Below, piece after piece: positions 23,301 to 34,596 of a stretch of 64,000 nucleotides of DNA (position 1 is its first letter; the number at the start of each line of letters is the position of its first letter). Under the pieces are notes generated by a model. The model had not been told where the DNA came from and searched no databases. It saw nothing but the letters and a program-made list of their open reading frames with translations. This DNA is from Entomortierella parvispora E1425 (lineage: Eukaryota > Fungi > Mortierellomycota): the NCBI GenBank assembly GCA_020891255.1, contig BQFW01000002.1, positions 1,984,001 to 2,048,000 of the forward strand. Reading direction: 5' to 3'. The position numbers and the translations under genes are program-made.

Positions 23301-23673
23301 GTGTTGAAGGCTGAGAACGAAAGTCGAACGGTATCGTGCCTGGACACGCCGTCCTGTGCGGCAAGGGCCGGTTGAGTGTTGCTTCGCTTGACTAATTTTA
23401 GTGTCGTTGCATCCCTGGGAAGGACGTCATGCTGTAGATCCAGGATATGTTCAGACCGAGTAATGGTGGGCCAAGAGGACGAGTGGGCTAACAGAGAGCC
23501 GGTAGGGGTAGAGAGAAGTATGAGTATCAGCGATCAGTAAGCGGGCAGTCGATATGTTGCCATAGAACGTCGTGGTTGGGACGAGTACCTTGAACCGTGG
23601 CAGTCCAGGTTGAAGAGAGGGCGAGAATCGATAATAGAACAAAGGCCGCGGTGGCCCTTATTGATGTGACCAT
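20386..23673 (-). CDS. ADAM family (M12B) metalloprotease: signal peptide, prodomain, reprolysin, disintegrin, Cys-rich, TM, cytoplasmic tail; 4 exons
   Basis: Signal peptide MVTSIRATAAFVLLSILALS; zinc motif HEIGHGFGAIHD; Met-turn FIMNP; disintegrin CGNGLKEAGEECDCG..CRQAISECDVQEVCTG; TM AIVIPVGCLIGLILLCCIW. Confidence 0.95.
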
Positions 23674-25483
23674 TTGGACCTGTGGTGACCGAGGACTGAT
23701 CGCTACAATTGGAGAGTTGGCTTAATCAGAGAAGGGGGAAAAAAGAAAAATCGGGATGGATGGATGGTAGGGAGACAGAGAGAAAGAGAGGGAGAGAGAC
23801 AAGGAGTATAGGGAGATGGAGAGAAACAAAGACAAGAACAGGGGCGTCGCAGGCTTTGCTCTGTGTTTGCTGGTGGAGTGGCGCTGTGTCTTGTGGGTGG
23901 GTGCTGGCGCTGTTGTGTTGCTGTTCCAGCTGGGTGTGCAGGTGAAAGAGTGCGCGAATGGGAGCAATGCAGCGAATGAATGAACGTATGACGACCGATG
24001 CAGCTGATGCAAGAAGACCCAAGGGACGATGAGAACGAAGAAGGAATAAAGAGAGAGCAAGGCGAGAAGAGAAAGAAAGAAAGAGAGAGAGCAGACCCCG
24101 GCGGTTCCTTTTTCCTGTTCTCGTTCTTCTGCCCCTGTCCCTGGAAATAGAAGCGAGACCAACCTGGGCTTTTGGCCATTTTTTTTTTTTTTTTTTTTGG
24201 GATAGCACGCCTGCTGTCGCCGACTCGCTCCCTTGGACTGTCTATGACTCTATGTCTCGCCCTGTCGTGTCTCGAGTCTATCGCAGCTTTACCCGGGTCA
24301 CTCTCTTTCTCACTCCCGTTCGCTTGTATATCCTGCCATTGATACCGAGAGACCAGCTGGCCGTTGTTGACACACGGTTTCACACTTTGTCTCTAGATTG
24401 TCACAGTGTCGTCCTAGAGCCTCAGCACAGCCTCATCCTCATCTGCGTCTTTGGGATTGGGGGAGAAGACGAAAATAGGGGTGGCGCACCTGCCCGCCTG
24501 CCTTTCCACTTGCGCCAGAGACAACAAACATATCATGCTGTCATGTCGACCACGACGGTCGTCAAGTGCAGTCGATCAGAACAAGACACCTTGTTCTCTG
24601 TGTCTTTACGAAATAGCAACAACAATAACGACAACAGCCCTGGCTGGGTTCAATTGCGATTACGTCGTCTGCGATGAGAACAGATATTCTTCTCAAAGGT
24701 TCATCGGTAACAGTTATAAGCACCAGTTGGGGAGCTGCGTTATTTCCTAGACGACGCGTCCCGTGCCACTTTCTTTTCTTTTTGCTACGCAGCGGACGCA
24801 ACATGGAAAGTGGGGGGGGGGGGCTCTTGTCTGCTTCGCTGCCCTAATACAGCGACGGGCAATGACCCTGTTTGATCAGGGTTCGTTTAGCTCCGCTGGA
24901 GCATTTCACCGCATCGTCCAGTACAAAGCAGGAACACTTGACTTCTTACGAGAAAGACATATGCCGGGGCCAGACCTCATTGCAATGTCCTCGCCCAGAC
25001 TTTTTTCCTTGCGAAGCGAAAAATTTCACCGTTGGTCAGTCAAAGACAGAAAGAGTGGGAGCCTTGGGGATTTCTGCTCGGATTGTTCCTGACGTTCTTG
25101 CTGTTCGACGTAATTAAATTCCAAAACAGGTTACCATCTGCTGGGGACGCATCATGGCGATATCATCGCTTTGGATTCCACCTTGAGCGGACTTGGCAAG
25201 CAGAAGGTCAAGCAGGAAAGAGTCTCTCCGTTGCAACCGTCTTCTTTCAACTCATCTCTTTCCTCATTTCCTTCTCTTTCGCCTCATTCCTCACCTTTTT
25301 TTTTTTTTTTTTTGTCCATTCACTTGCGTTCTTGATAATTGTTCCGAGCCCACTGTCACTCGACATACCACGCGCCTAGAATTTCCTTATTGTTGCACTG
25401 CATCTCTTCCTTTCGTTAGTCTGCCTTTCCCTGCCTTTTGTTCTTTCCTTGCATCTTCAACCTCAGCACAATTCACTCTATCC

Positions 25484-27457
25484 ATGCCAACGTTATTGCA
25501 AGGATGGGCCGTGCCTACTCTGGCGGTGATCTCAGCCCTAGCAACCCTCATCTATCTCTCCCTCTTCAGCGAGCTCTATACCCTCAACAACGATGAAACG
25601 ATACGAAGACCTCATGACACAAATATCCACCACGACTACAAGCAGCCTCTATCACAACAGCAACAAGAGACAAAGAACCAACTGTTGACCACCACCACGA
25701 CTGTGCCCCAAGCCCAACTAACACCCACCAGCAGTCAGAATGATAATAACTACAAAGTTGCTCAACTCCATATCAACGCTTTTGTCTCATTCTGCAACAC
25801 ACCTACGACCAACTCTCCTCCTCTCGGCCCGGCCTTGTCCTCTTCAGCCCCAGAGCTCCACCAGACTGGGTTTTCATCGTACAGTGAGTGGATTGACTTT
25901 ACCAACAAAAAGAATTCCAAGAGCAATCGCGACGCCCAGCAATTTACCGAGGAATCAGTTGTTCGCCCTCTGTTTTTTGAACGTCCACCTCCCAAGTGGA
26001 TAGTAAATCTCACAGCCCTGGAGGAGCCTTGCGACCGCCTTATTCACACCTCAGCTCACTGCCTTGATGCTCTCTCCAAAGAGCATCAATATCTGGTTCC
26101 CTCTGTCGCTCCCTCAATCAAAAACTCGATCTCGTCGGTGCCTGAAAAGGAGGGCGAAACTCCAGTGAAGGACGACACGATAGACTTCCATGTCTTTTGG
26201 CGGGGTCCAATAACCGATAAACTGTCGCAGAATGCCCATGCGTTCTTGTTCACCCAGCCACTCAAACGAGCTCGGTTACATCTCTGGATCGACTCTGCAG
26301 ACCTCCCAGGCGGTGTCCCTGAAGACTATCTCCAGAACGAGTTTGCAGCACCTCTTGTTCAAGAGCCTTTAAGTCGATACATCACTATCCATGCATGGGA
26401 TCAGGCTGCTGAGCTCGCATATTCCTATGGAGATGGGGCTACTGAAGAGTCGCCAGAGAACGACAGTGATCGTGATAACGGTATCGAAGACAGCAACAAC
26501 AAAGACCAGCAGGGCCCTGCACCAAATTTCAGTAATGTGAAACCGGTCGCACTCTCGGATGAGGCTCGGTTCCTGATTCTAAATAGAAACGGGGGTATCT
26601 ACCTAGATGCAGATGTTATGCTGTTGAGAGACATGTCGCCCTTCTATGATTCCGGGGTGGAATTTGCCTACGAATGGAGCAACACTCGTATGTACAACAC
26701 TGCTATCCTGAGACTTTTTCCCGGATCTTCGGTTGCGAGAAGGATCTTGGATGGTGCCAAGGCCAGAGAGATCGAGATCATGGAGAAGAAACGATTACAG
26801 GCTCTCGCACAGAAGTCGGATCAGGCGGCGGTACTCAAATCAGACAGTTACAAAACGGCCTTTATCCAAACAAAGAAACCAAATGCTAGACCTCGACCCA
26901 TCAGTGCCAGCAACCAGTCAGGAACGACAGCGAGTCATCGGAAAGCACAGGCACTGTCCAAGCGAGGGGAGATGCGACCAGATGAGATCTATCACCCTGC
27001 TCGCCTGCGCAAGTACCTTCGACCTGAGGATGAAAAAATTGAAGGCAATGGATTGATCATGATGCCACCAGCCTTTTTTGACCCACTGTGGCTCCGCGTT
27101 GACCGTAAAGAGACCAAAAACACTGGCGACACTGACAAGATGATGGAGGACCTTTTCACATTCCCAGACGCATTCTCAGCCAGTGCGAACGCTGTTTGTC
27201 CTGCAGCGGTGCCTGTTAACCTTGGTGTCAGCACCAGTGATAATGACACGACTCTGAACAACAACACAAACGATCGCATCAAAGACTTCACGGCTGGCCC
27301 GGAGGTTTTCTTCATGGGTGCCTACGCTTACCACTGGCATAACAACTGGCTCACGCCTATTGAACCCCAGAGTTGGATGGGTCAGATGCGACAGGCCTTT
27401 GACGACTTTGTAGCGGGACGGCGACCGAACCTCTATGGCGAATGGTTCGGTATGTAA
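25484..27457 (+). CDS. Type II membrane glycosyltransferase, GT32/DXD sugar-binding family, apparently single exon
   Basis: N-terminal anchor WAVPTLAVISALATLIYLSLF; FHVFWRG; SDEARFLILNRNGGIYLDADVMLLRD (DXD); YAYHWHNNW. The upstream part of ORF 25193.. is low-complexity, so Met at 25484 was chosen as start. Confidence 0.85.
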   Translation: MPTLLQGWAVPTLAVISALATLIYLSLFSELYTLNNDETIRRPHDTNIHHDYKQPLSQQQQETKNQLLTTTTTVPQAQLTPTSSQNDNNYKVAQLHINAFVSFCNTPTTNSPPLGPALSSSAPELHQTGFSSYSEWIDFTNKKNSKSNRDAQQFTEESVVRPLFFERPPPKWIVNLTALEEPCDRLIHTSAHCLDALSKEHQYLVPSVAPSIKNSISSVPEKEGETPVKDDTIDFHVFWRGPITDKLSQNAHAFLFTQPLKRARLHLWIDSADLPGGVPEDYLQNEFAAPLVQEPLSRYITIHAWDQAAELAYSYGDGATEESPENDSDRDNGIEDSNNKDQQGPAPNFSNVKPVALSDEARFLILNRNGGIYLDADVMLLRDMSPFYDSGVEFAYEWSNTRMYNTAILRLFPGSSVARRILDGAKAREIEIMEKKRLQALAQKSDQAAVLKSDSYKTAFIQTKKPNARPRPISASNQSGTTASHRKAQALSKRGEMRPDEIYHPARLRKYLRPEDEKIEGNGLIMMPPAFFDPLWLRVDRKETKNTGDTDKMMEDLFTFPDAFSASANAVCPAAVPVNLGVSTSDNDTTLNNNTNDRIKDFTAGPEVFFMGAYAYHWHNNWLTPIEPQSWMGQMRQAFDDFVAGRRPNLYGEWFGM

Positions 27458-28415
27458 AACGTAAAAAAAAAGTTGCTTTTAATAAAAAGCCACTTCTATT
27501 TTTATTTTTTAATTTTATTCGAATAAAATACCAGGGCGCGTGTGAAGCGCGACATGCATGCTTCGCAATAGGTGCAAAGACGAGGGATTGATGGGCAGAG
27601 GGTAAGCATCAGTAGCGACGAATGGAGACAGGCACAGGGACAGAGACGAGAGTGGAGGGAGGGCGATCAGCAATGAGAGCAAGGCGGACTGCGGTAGGAA
27701 TTGCATGTAAGGAAGTGCAAGCGACCACCATGCGCCTTCCCCATTCCATGGCATGCGTTCATCCATGCCACACCTGGCACCCGCATGCATGCATGCACAT
27801 CCATCCTCGACGTGTCCTTTCTCGCTCCTTTCTCCCTCGAGAGAAAACAAAACAAAAGAAAGAAAAAAAAATCGCCCCCGCTCAGTCTTTGAATCTTCTT
27901 TGCTCAGTCGTCGGGAATATCCTTCCTTCTCGCCCATCCTCTTCTCTCTTCCTTTTCTTTTTCTTTTATCCCCTTTCCCTCTCACATCCATCCATCCGTC
28001 CCGTTCTATCATCCCATCTTTACGTTCTTTCTCCCTTTTTCTCTCTTTTCTTCATTCAATCTTTCTTTCTTTTTTTTTTTTCCATCCCTACGCACGCACG
28101 CACGCACACGCAGCTCTAGACCTTCATCCCTCTCCTCCGTCTCCGTCTCTCCTCTGCCCTTGAATCCATCCATCGCCGAACGTTATCGACATCGGATCCT
28201 CATTCTCCCTGCCTCCTTTTGCATCCAACCCCTCCCCCTTTTCTCCTGGGAATCGCACGCTCCATCGTCATTGACTATCCCCAGCCTATCCCATCTGTCC
28301 ACACGGCCGATCACAGCGTGTCTTCTAATCCATCGCGGCCCCCGTCTGCGCTTTTGTTAAACAGCTCACTTTTCCTTTTGGCACACGTAGCAGACACCAC
28401 AGACAGTCGTCCTTC

Positions 28416-31031
28416 ATGACCGGGGACTCTGACGACGGCACCCCGCGCCCAAGCTCGACCAGGGTGCACTCCACAAGGTAAACAGAGGGACCTTATTGCC
28501 CCCGATTCAACGGCGACGTATCTTTCTTCCTTCTACGCCGGGGATCCAACCAAACATCTCTTTCTGCTGAGCTTGTGCACGCGCGCCAACCTAGCATTCA
28601 CTGTCCTCCTATGCTGTCGAATAACCCAGAGCAACAAGACTAACAACTCTTCTGTGCAAAACATTCCTCTCGGGGGTTGTTGTTTTTACTCCCTTGATTC
28701 TCTCCAGGGACCAGACGGGAACGATCCGTGCGAGGACTAGAACGGGAGAATCGACCACGGCAACAAAAACAACAGAGGACCCAACAAAGACAACCACATC
28801 GTCCCTTTCTGCTTCGCTATCAGTTTTGCCATCTGCCGTCTCATCCACGTCCCTTTCAGATCAAGAAGTGCTCGAGCACTCCACAACACCGACAGACGGA
28901 GCAACATTGGCGGTGCATAACATGTCCTTGGCAGGATCTCCCACCGCTGCGCCATCCCGATCCACCACAGGCGTCCGAGGACCCATCGGGCCTCGACCAG
29001 GCGTATATCGACCCTGTGCTCGGTGTCGTAACAAAAAGACGAGATGTGATCGGTTAAAGCCATCATGTTCCAACTGCAAAAAGAATGGCCCGGACACTGT
29101 TTGCGTTTATGACAACGATGAGCCAACCGCGGGCGTTGTGACTGTGACGACTGCAGAAAGCGGGACGGACCAAGGCATGGGCTCTGCAGATGAAGATGGA
29201 CCACCTTTCCCGGACAGCAGCAGGTCAACGTCGTCATCATCTGTCAGCTCTTCGGCAACGGCAGGGTCAACTGCAACAACGGCCACGGTATTAGCATCAA
29301 AAACAGATGGGAGTAGTACGCCTGTTGAGGGAGCAGGATCTGGAAATGGAGCTGCTGTTAAGATCGCTGCACGGCCTAGCCCTACGCCTGTCACTCCCAC
29401 CAATGGAGGGGGCTCCTATGTCCGAAAACACGGATCGCCACTGCCAGAATGGGCCACCAAAAAGAACATCCCAGAAGAAGACCCCTCATCACAGCCGCCT
29501 CCCGCAAAGAAGTCTAAGCAAGGATCAAGTGTAAAAGGGACTACAAAGCCAAGCCCACTGCGTAGCTCCATCACCAACATCAACAGCAACACTCCACAAT
29601 CCGAGCAGTCACCATCTGCGGATGCAAAGGCCAAGAGCTCTTCTAGAAAAGAAACCTCACAGCCTGGCTCTGATGATTACATTGATATTGACTCGACAGA
29701 TGTCCCCGAAGGTTTGTGAAAAAACCCAGAAAACATCGGTGCTTTTTGCTCAATCACAGGTTTAGTTTTCATTTGGGATTCTCAGCCTTTTTTCTTGGCC
29801 CGTTTTAGACAAGGTGGTTACTGAGCTATCAGTAGCAAAGAGGAAAACATCGGTTGCAGAGGATCAGTTGCCACAACCGCCAGTCAGTAAAAGTCATCAC
29901 AAGAAGCATACCAAAGCGTCCTCAGGAGCCCTTTCCAACGGTGGCACGGGTCCCATGTCAGCATTTGGGTCGTCCAGGATCATGGTGGATCTGCCAACAG
30001 CGAGACCCCCGCCACCGTTTGTGATTGATGTGAACCAGCATGCTCGCAAATGGGGAAAATCAAAAACAATAGTCCTGACTCTAGGCGGTGAGATTTCTTT
30101 GCCACTTTGGACCTCAGGTATAAAAGACTAGCGAACATGAAGACTGTATGTATTCAGGATACCAGAAGAACAAAACAATTAACACCCCATTTCTATAGAT
30201 CAAGAGATGTTATTGAACGAACCACGTCCGTTTTATATGCAGAATGCATCCCTGTTCTCGACAGGATCTGGAGCAACAAATCTGGCGCGGATGGCTGCTT
30301 TTAATCAGATGGACTACTACAACCTTAGTAGCAATAACACTCCCGAGCGTGGAAATACCCCCGAAAGCGGTGAGCACTCCCCTTCCGGACCCACAGCATC
30401 CTCAGCCACAGCAGTCAACCCAGCGACGGGCAAATCTCATAAAAAGAAAAAGAGATCCTTGGATCACCCACCTGGATCACGGAGATCAAGGGAGGAAGGC
30501 TCTGAAGTGGTCCTTTCTGCCAAACGGAAACATGGGGCGGAACGGGGCTACGATGGCGATGATGCTGATCTGTCAAGTTCCCGGTCCACACCCACGCCAT
30601 CGGTCGTCTCTGTGGCGCCAACTCCAAAACCGAGAGCGATCCCGACTAGACCCCGAACTTTTCCTTGTTCGTTTGAAGGCTGTGGCAAATCATTCATGGA
30701 CAAATTTCATCTTCGTCGGCATGAGACCCGCCATGTGACTCAGGAAATTACCTGCGGAATCGATGGATGCACCAAAGCGTACGACTCTATTAGTACAATG
30801 AGGCGACACCAAAGTATGATTCATAAGAACAGGAAAAAGGAAGAGCTCTCTTCGTCATTGCTAAGCTCCACCAAAGTCCATGGCAATCATGGATCGTCAT
30901 CAGCAGGAGCAGCAACCCCGACCTCAATCTCAGCAACGAATGCTGGACAGGAGGAAGAGAACGAAGATGATGACGATGAAAGACTGGGATCCGTCACAGG
31001 ACAGACCATTATGGAAGAGATCGAGGTCTGA
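28416..31031 (+). CDS. Transcription factor with Zn(II)2Cys6 cluster, REPO/2W-hairpin-like motif and two C2H2 fingers; exons 28416-28477, 28708-29711, 29809-30117, 30199-31031
   Basis: CARCRNKKTRCDRLKPSCSNCKKNGPDTVC; RKWGKSKTIVLTLGGEISLPLWTS|DQE; CSFEGCGKSFMDKFHLRRHETRH and CGIDGCTKAYDSISTMRRHQSMIH. All three GT-AG introns are phase-consistent. Confidence 0.88.
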
Positions 31032-31522
31032 TCTCTCTCCTGTACTCTTTGCTCTTTTTACGTATTCCCCTTCCCTCCAAAAAAAGTCTTTACTTTTCTT
31101 GAAATCTCCTTTTCTTTTCTCCATCATCTAAACATAGACTTTGCCAACAATTGCTTCTTTCTTTCGTTCTTTCATTTGTTCCTTGTTTCCCACGATAGCA
31201 CCCTCAAGGCAGCAAGAGCACAAACATAATAAAATTAAATCAATTCGCGCTCTCCTTCTCATCCCATTTCGCCTCAATCCCTCAATCCCTATCTTTCATC
31301 CACAATGGGTTACCAGCGTTTGATTATTATTTTTTTTTTGCTTTTATTGTTCTTATCACAGCTTGTGGGATGAAGGAAAGTAAACTGTGTTCTCAAGCCG
31401 GAATAACCAGTGGCCTTTTCTCGCTCGCTCTCTGGTAATTCTTCCCGTCCTTGCATGTTGTCGTAGGAGGGGTGGTATCTTAATGGGATTATGTTCACGT
31501 CTTACAAGAGTTTTCTTTTCGT

Positions 31523-33543
31523 TTACATGGCAAGGTGCTCAGGGACATTGAGGACAACGCGATAGCGGGCCTGCTGCTCCACAACCCTACGGACAGCCTC
31601 CGCGCAGCCCTTGGTTCCCATATCGAGCTCTTCGATCTCGGGTCGGATGCTGTGAAGGGCGGCAAAGTCGAACATCTTGTTCATCACATGACGAGACGCG
31701 ACCAAGGATCCGACAACCTTCACTGTGAATGGAAAGACAAAAAAGGGGGTGGTGGTCGAGGTGAGTGGTCAGATGAGAACGTGCGAATTACATCTGTTTG
31801 AAGATTGACTCGTCAGATAAAAACTAAAAAAAATACAAAAACTCACATTGCTTGAAGAGAGCGGGCATGGCAGGAATCTCCATAGAGCCCTTGGCGGAGA
31901 CGCCCATGTTGATCAAGGTGCCATTGGTCTCCAAAAGATCAATGAAGGTATCCCAGGGCAGGTCACCACTGGTTGTGTTGAGGATGTAGTCCATCTTTGT
32001 TGGACTTGTAATCGGGTCCTTGGTGCAGATGAATTCATGTGCTCCAAACTTGAGCGAGTCGGCTTTCTTGGACTCACTCGACGAGATGGCGACCACTGTA
32101 AACCATAGAAACAAAAGGGTTAGTTTTGTCACAAAAAGACTTTCCCGATGGAGTTTTCCGCTGCTGGTAAGTTCTTTTTTTTCTTTTTCTTCTTCCATCT
32201 CTTCTCTTCAGTTTTCCCAGATGAGGGCAAATGACGCCGTGAACCAAAAAAGAGAGCCAATAATGTGGTTTTGACGTTACACGGCATGTTGTGCGGACTG
32301 ATGGTCTATCTTTGTGTACCACCCTCCTTTTTTCTCAAAAACAAAAAGAATGAAAAGCAAGAAAGAAAAGAATGAAAGAAAAGAGTAATGGGAAAAAAAA
32401 GCTCTTACCTCTGCATCCCCAGGCCTTCGCAAATTTGATGGCCAAATGGCCCAGTCCTCCGAGACCAACAACACCAACTGTTGAGGTCGGACTAACGTTA
32501 TACCCGTAGAGAGCACTGAACACGGTCGCGCCTGCACAGGTCAGAGGCCCCGCATGTCTTGGTTCAATGCAGGCTGGGATCTTGTAAACAAAACGAGAAT
32601 CCCATACGGAGGCATTAGCAAATCCTCCAATGCCATCTGTAAAAGTGGTCCTCTTGGGACACATGTTTTCCTGTCCTTGAAGGCAGAACAGGCACTTCAG
32701 GCAGGCGGTACGAAGGTAACCGAATCCGATTGTATCGCCAATGTCGACATTGGTCACATCTTCGCCCTTGAATTCGACGCGACCAATGATCTCATGACCT
32801 ACCACCTGGCCCTCAATCATGGCTGCATACATGGTGTCGGTGAAGCAAACGCTGCAGCACAAGATGGCCACTGCGACTAGTCGCGGGACAGAGAGAATAA
32901 AATGAAGGGAACAGAAATTGGCGTAAAGAGTTAATTTGTGTCCAAAATCTTGGGTGGTGAGCATGCTTTGAGGATGCATCGAGCGTGCATTGGATACCTG
33001 CTCTGTCCTTCCATGTGCCCTGCACCATGCAGGGCCATGGAGGCACAACAGGAACCACAAAGAGTTGAACTAAACATAACAAATGAACTCCCTTTTCATT
33101 TCCTACTTACCATCGTTGCGTCCAAGCTTGGGGAGCTCTAATTGTTTCTCAACGAAAGTTTTGCCATCTGCAGCCGAGGCAAAGGCGGTGTAGGTCGACG
33201 TGGGGGGAACATGAGCCTCATGGTTGCAGGCCTCAGCCACATGGGCCGACTCTGGCTCAGCAATAACAGTCTCGTTGAGGGTCAGCTTGGCAACCTTGAC
33301 AGCCACTGGTTCCTCTTGGTTCATCTTGTTGGATCGGGTCTTGGAATGTTTCGAGTTGGATCTTGTAGGCAAGGATTCTGACGCGAGTTTCTCGTTGGAG
33401 GTACCGTTGGTAAGACTAGGAGGTGATTGAAAGATGCGGGAAAGAGGGCGAGTAAGGAATGAGAGGGAGACGCGGCGGGAGGTCGACTTAAGAGATGAAG
33501 TCAAGGAGATCGAGGAAGAAGTCTTGCTGTGGCTACGCATCAT
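31523..33543 (-). CDS. Zn-dependent NADP alcohol dehydrogenase (cinnamyl-ADH/ADH6-like), multi-exon; start at 33324 or 33543
   Basis: CSVCFTD, GHEIIG, structural-Zn CLKCLFCLQGQENMC, GPLTCAGATVFSAL, nucleotide-binding GVVGLGGLGH and C-terminal ARYRVVL. Confidence 0.92.
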
Positions 33544-34596
33544 TTGATCGCGGGACCAGTCTTTTTTTTTTTTTTTTTTTACTTTCTTGGAGCTGGAATA
33601 ACGTACGGGGGACAACTGCTGTGTTCGATCGAGATCCAAATTGCCTGAAAGGTAGTGGTGGAAGGAGGGATTGCGCGATATAAGAGATGGAGAGAAAGGA
33701 AGAAGCAAAGTGAAGGGCGAGGGATATGAGGAGAGGATGAGAAGGGTAGAGAGCCAACAGGCAGAAGAGTGGGCGAATAAGAGGGTTTTTATCTTTTTTT
33801 TTTGTTCTTGCTCTTTGTTCCCTGCTCTGCCAAAAGTAAATCAAAAGAGTCCCGCAGAACTTTGACTGTGGGCAGACTCGCGTAACGCGCCTTCTGTTTG
33901 CTACGCGGGACAAGAGGCGCGGAGGTGAACTAACGAGAGCCTCGAGGGGCAATGTTTGCCTCTTGTTTGTCTCTTGCTGCCGCTGTCTTGCAGTTTTCTG
34001 TTGGCTTTATCCTGATTTTCAAGACTAGGCGCAGAGAATCGCGAGGTCCGGATCATCCATCATGCCAGCAGCAACATGACCTTGCTTCTCCCTCAGTCGG
34101 GCCTCACAAAACAAACCACAGAGATCAAGATGAGACTCAGTGCCCATTGTCGACGGGAAGATCTCAACGCAGGTAACTGCAGACTAGATGATAAAGATGC
34201 TGAGTGCAAGGCCATGCGCCAGTTTAAAACATGCCAGCGTTCACGCAGACTCGCACTGGAGAAAAAATAATAATAGTAAACGCCATCACGTTTCGCTCGA
34301 ACCTCTCTTTTTCTGCAAGGCCCTGCCGCTCGATAGACCCAATTTCTCTGGCCGAGATGCGCACAACACCCCTGTTCGGCTGCATGGTGAACAAAAAAAA
34401 CCACAGCAAGCATCATGTGCAAGGAAGAAAGAAGGAACAACTAACAACTGAACAACACTTCCTAAAGAAAGGTCAACAAAGATGACCAAGGAAACGAAGA
34501 ATCAAGGAACGCGCTTTTCTGAGGCCAGGAGAGTGTTAGGTTCAGCATGTTATTTCAAAGAGAACTGCACGTCTAGATCCTTGATCCTTCTGACTT

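Noticed and set aside
25193-25483. N-terminal 97 aa of the 754-aa ORF
   Set aside because: Poly-T and low-complexity leader; the ATG at 25484 directly precedes the membrane anchor.
34076-34270. 64-aa ORF between ADH and TDP1
   Set aside because: No motif, homology cue or splice support.
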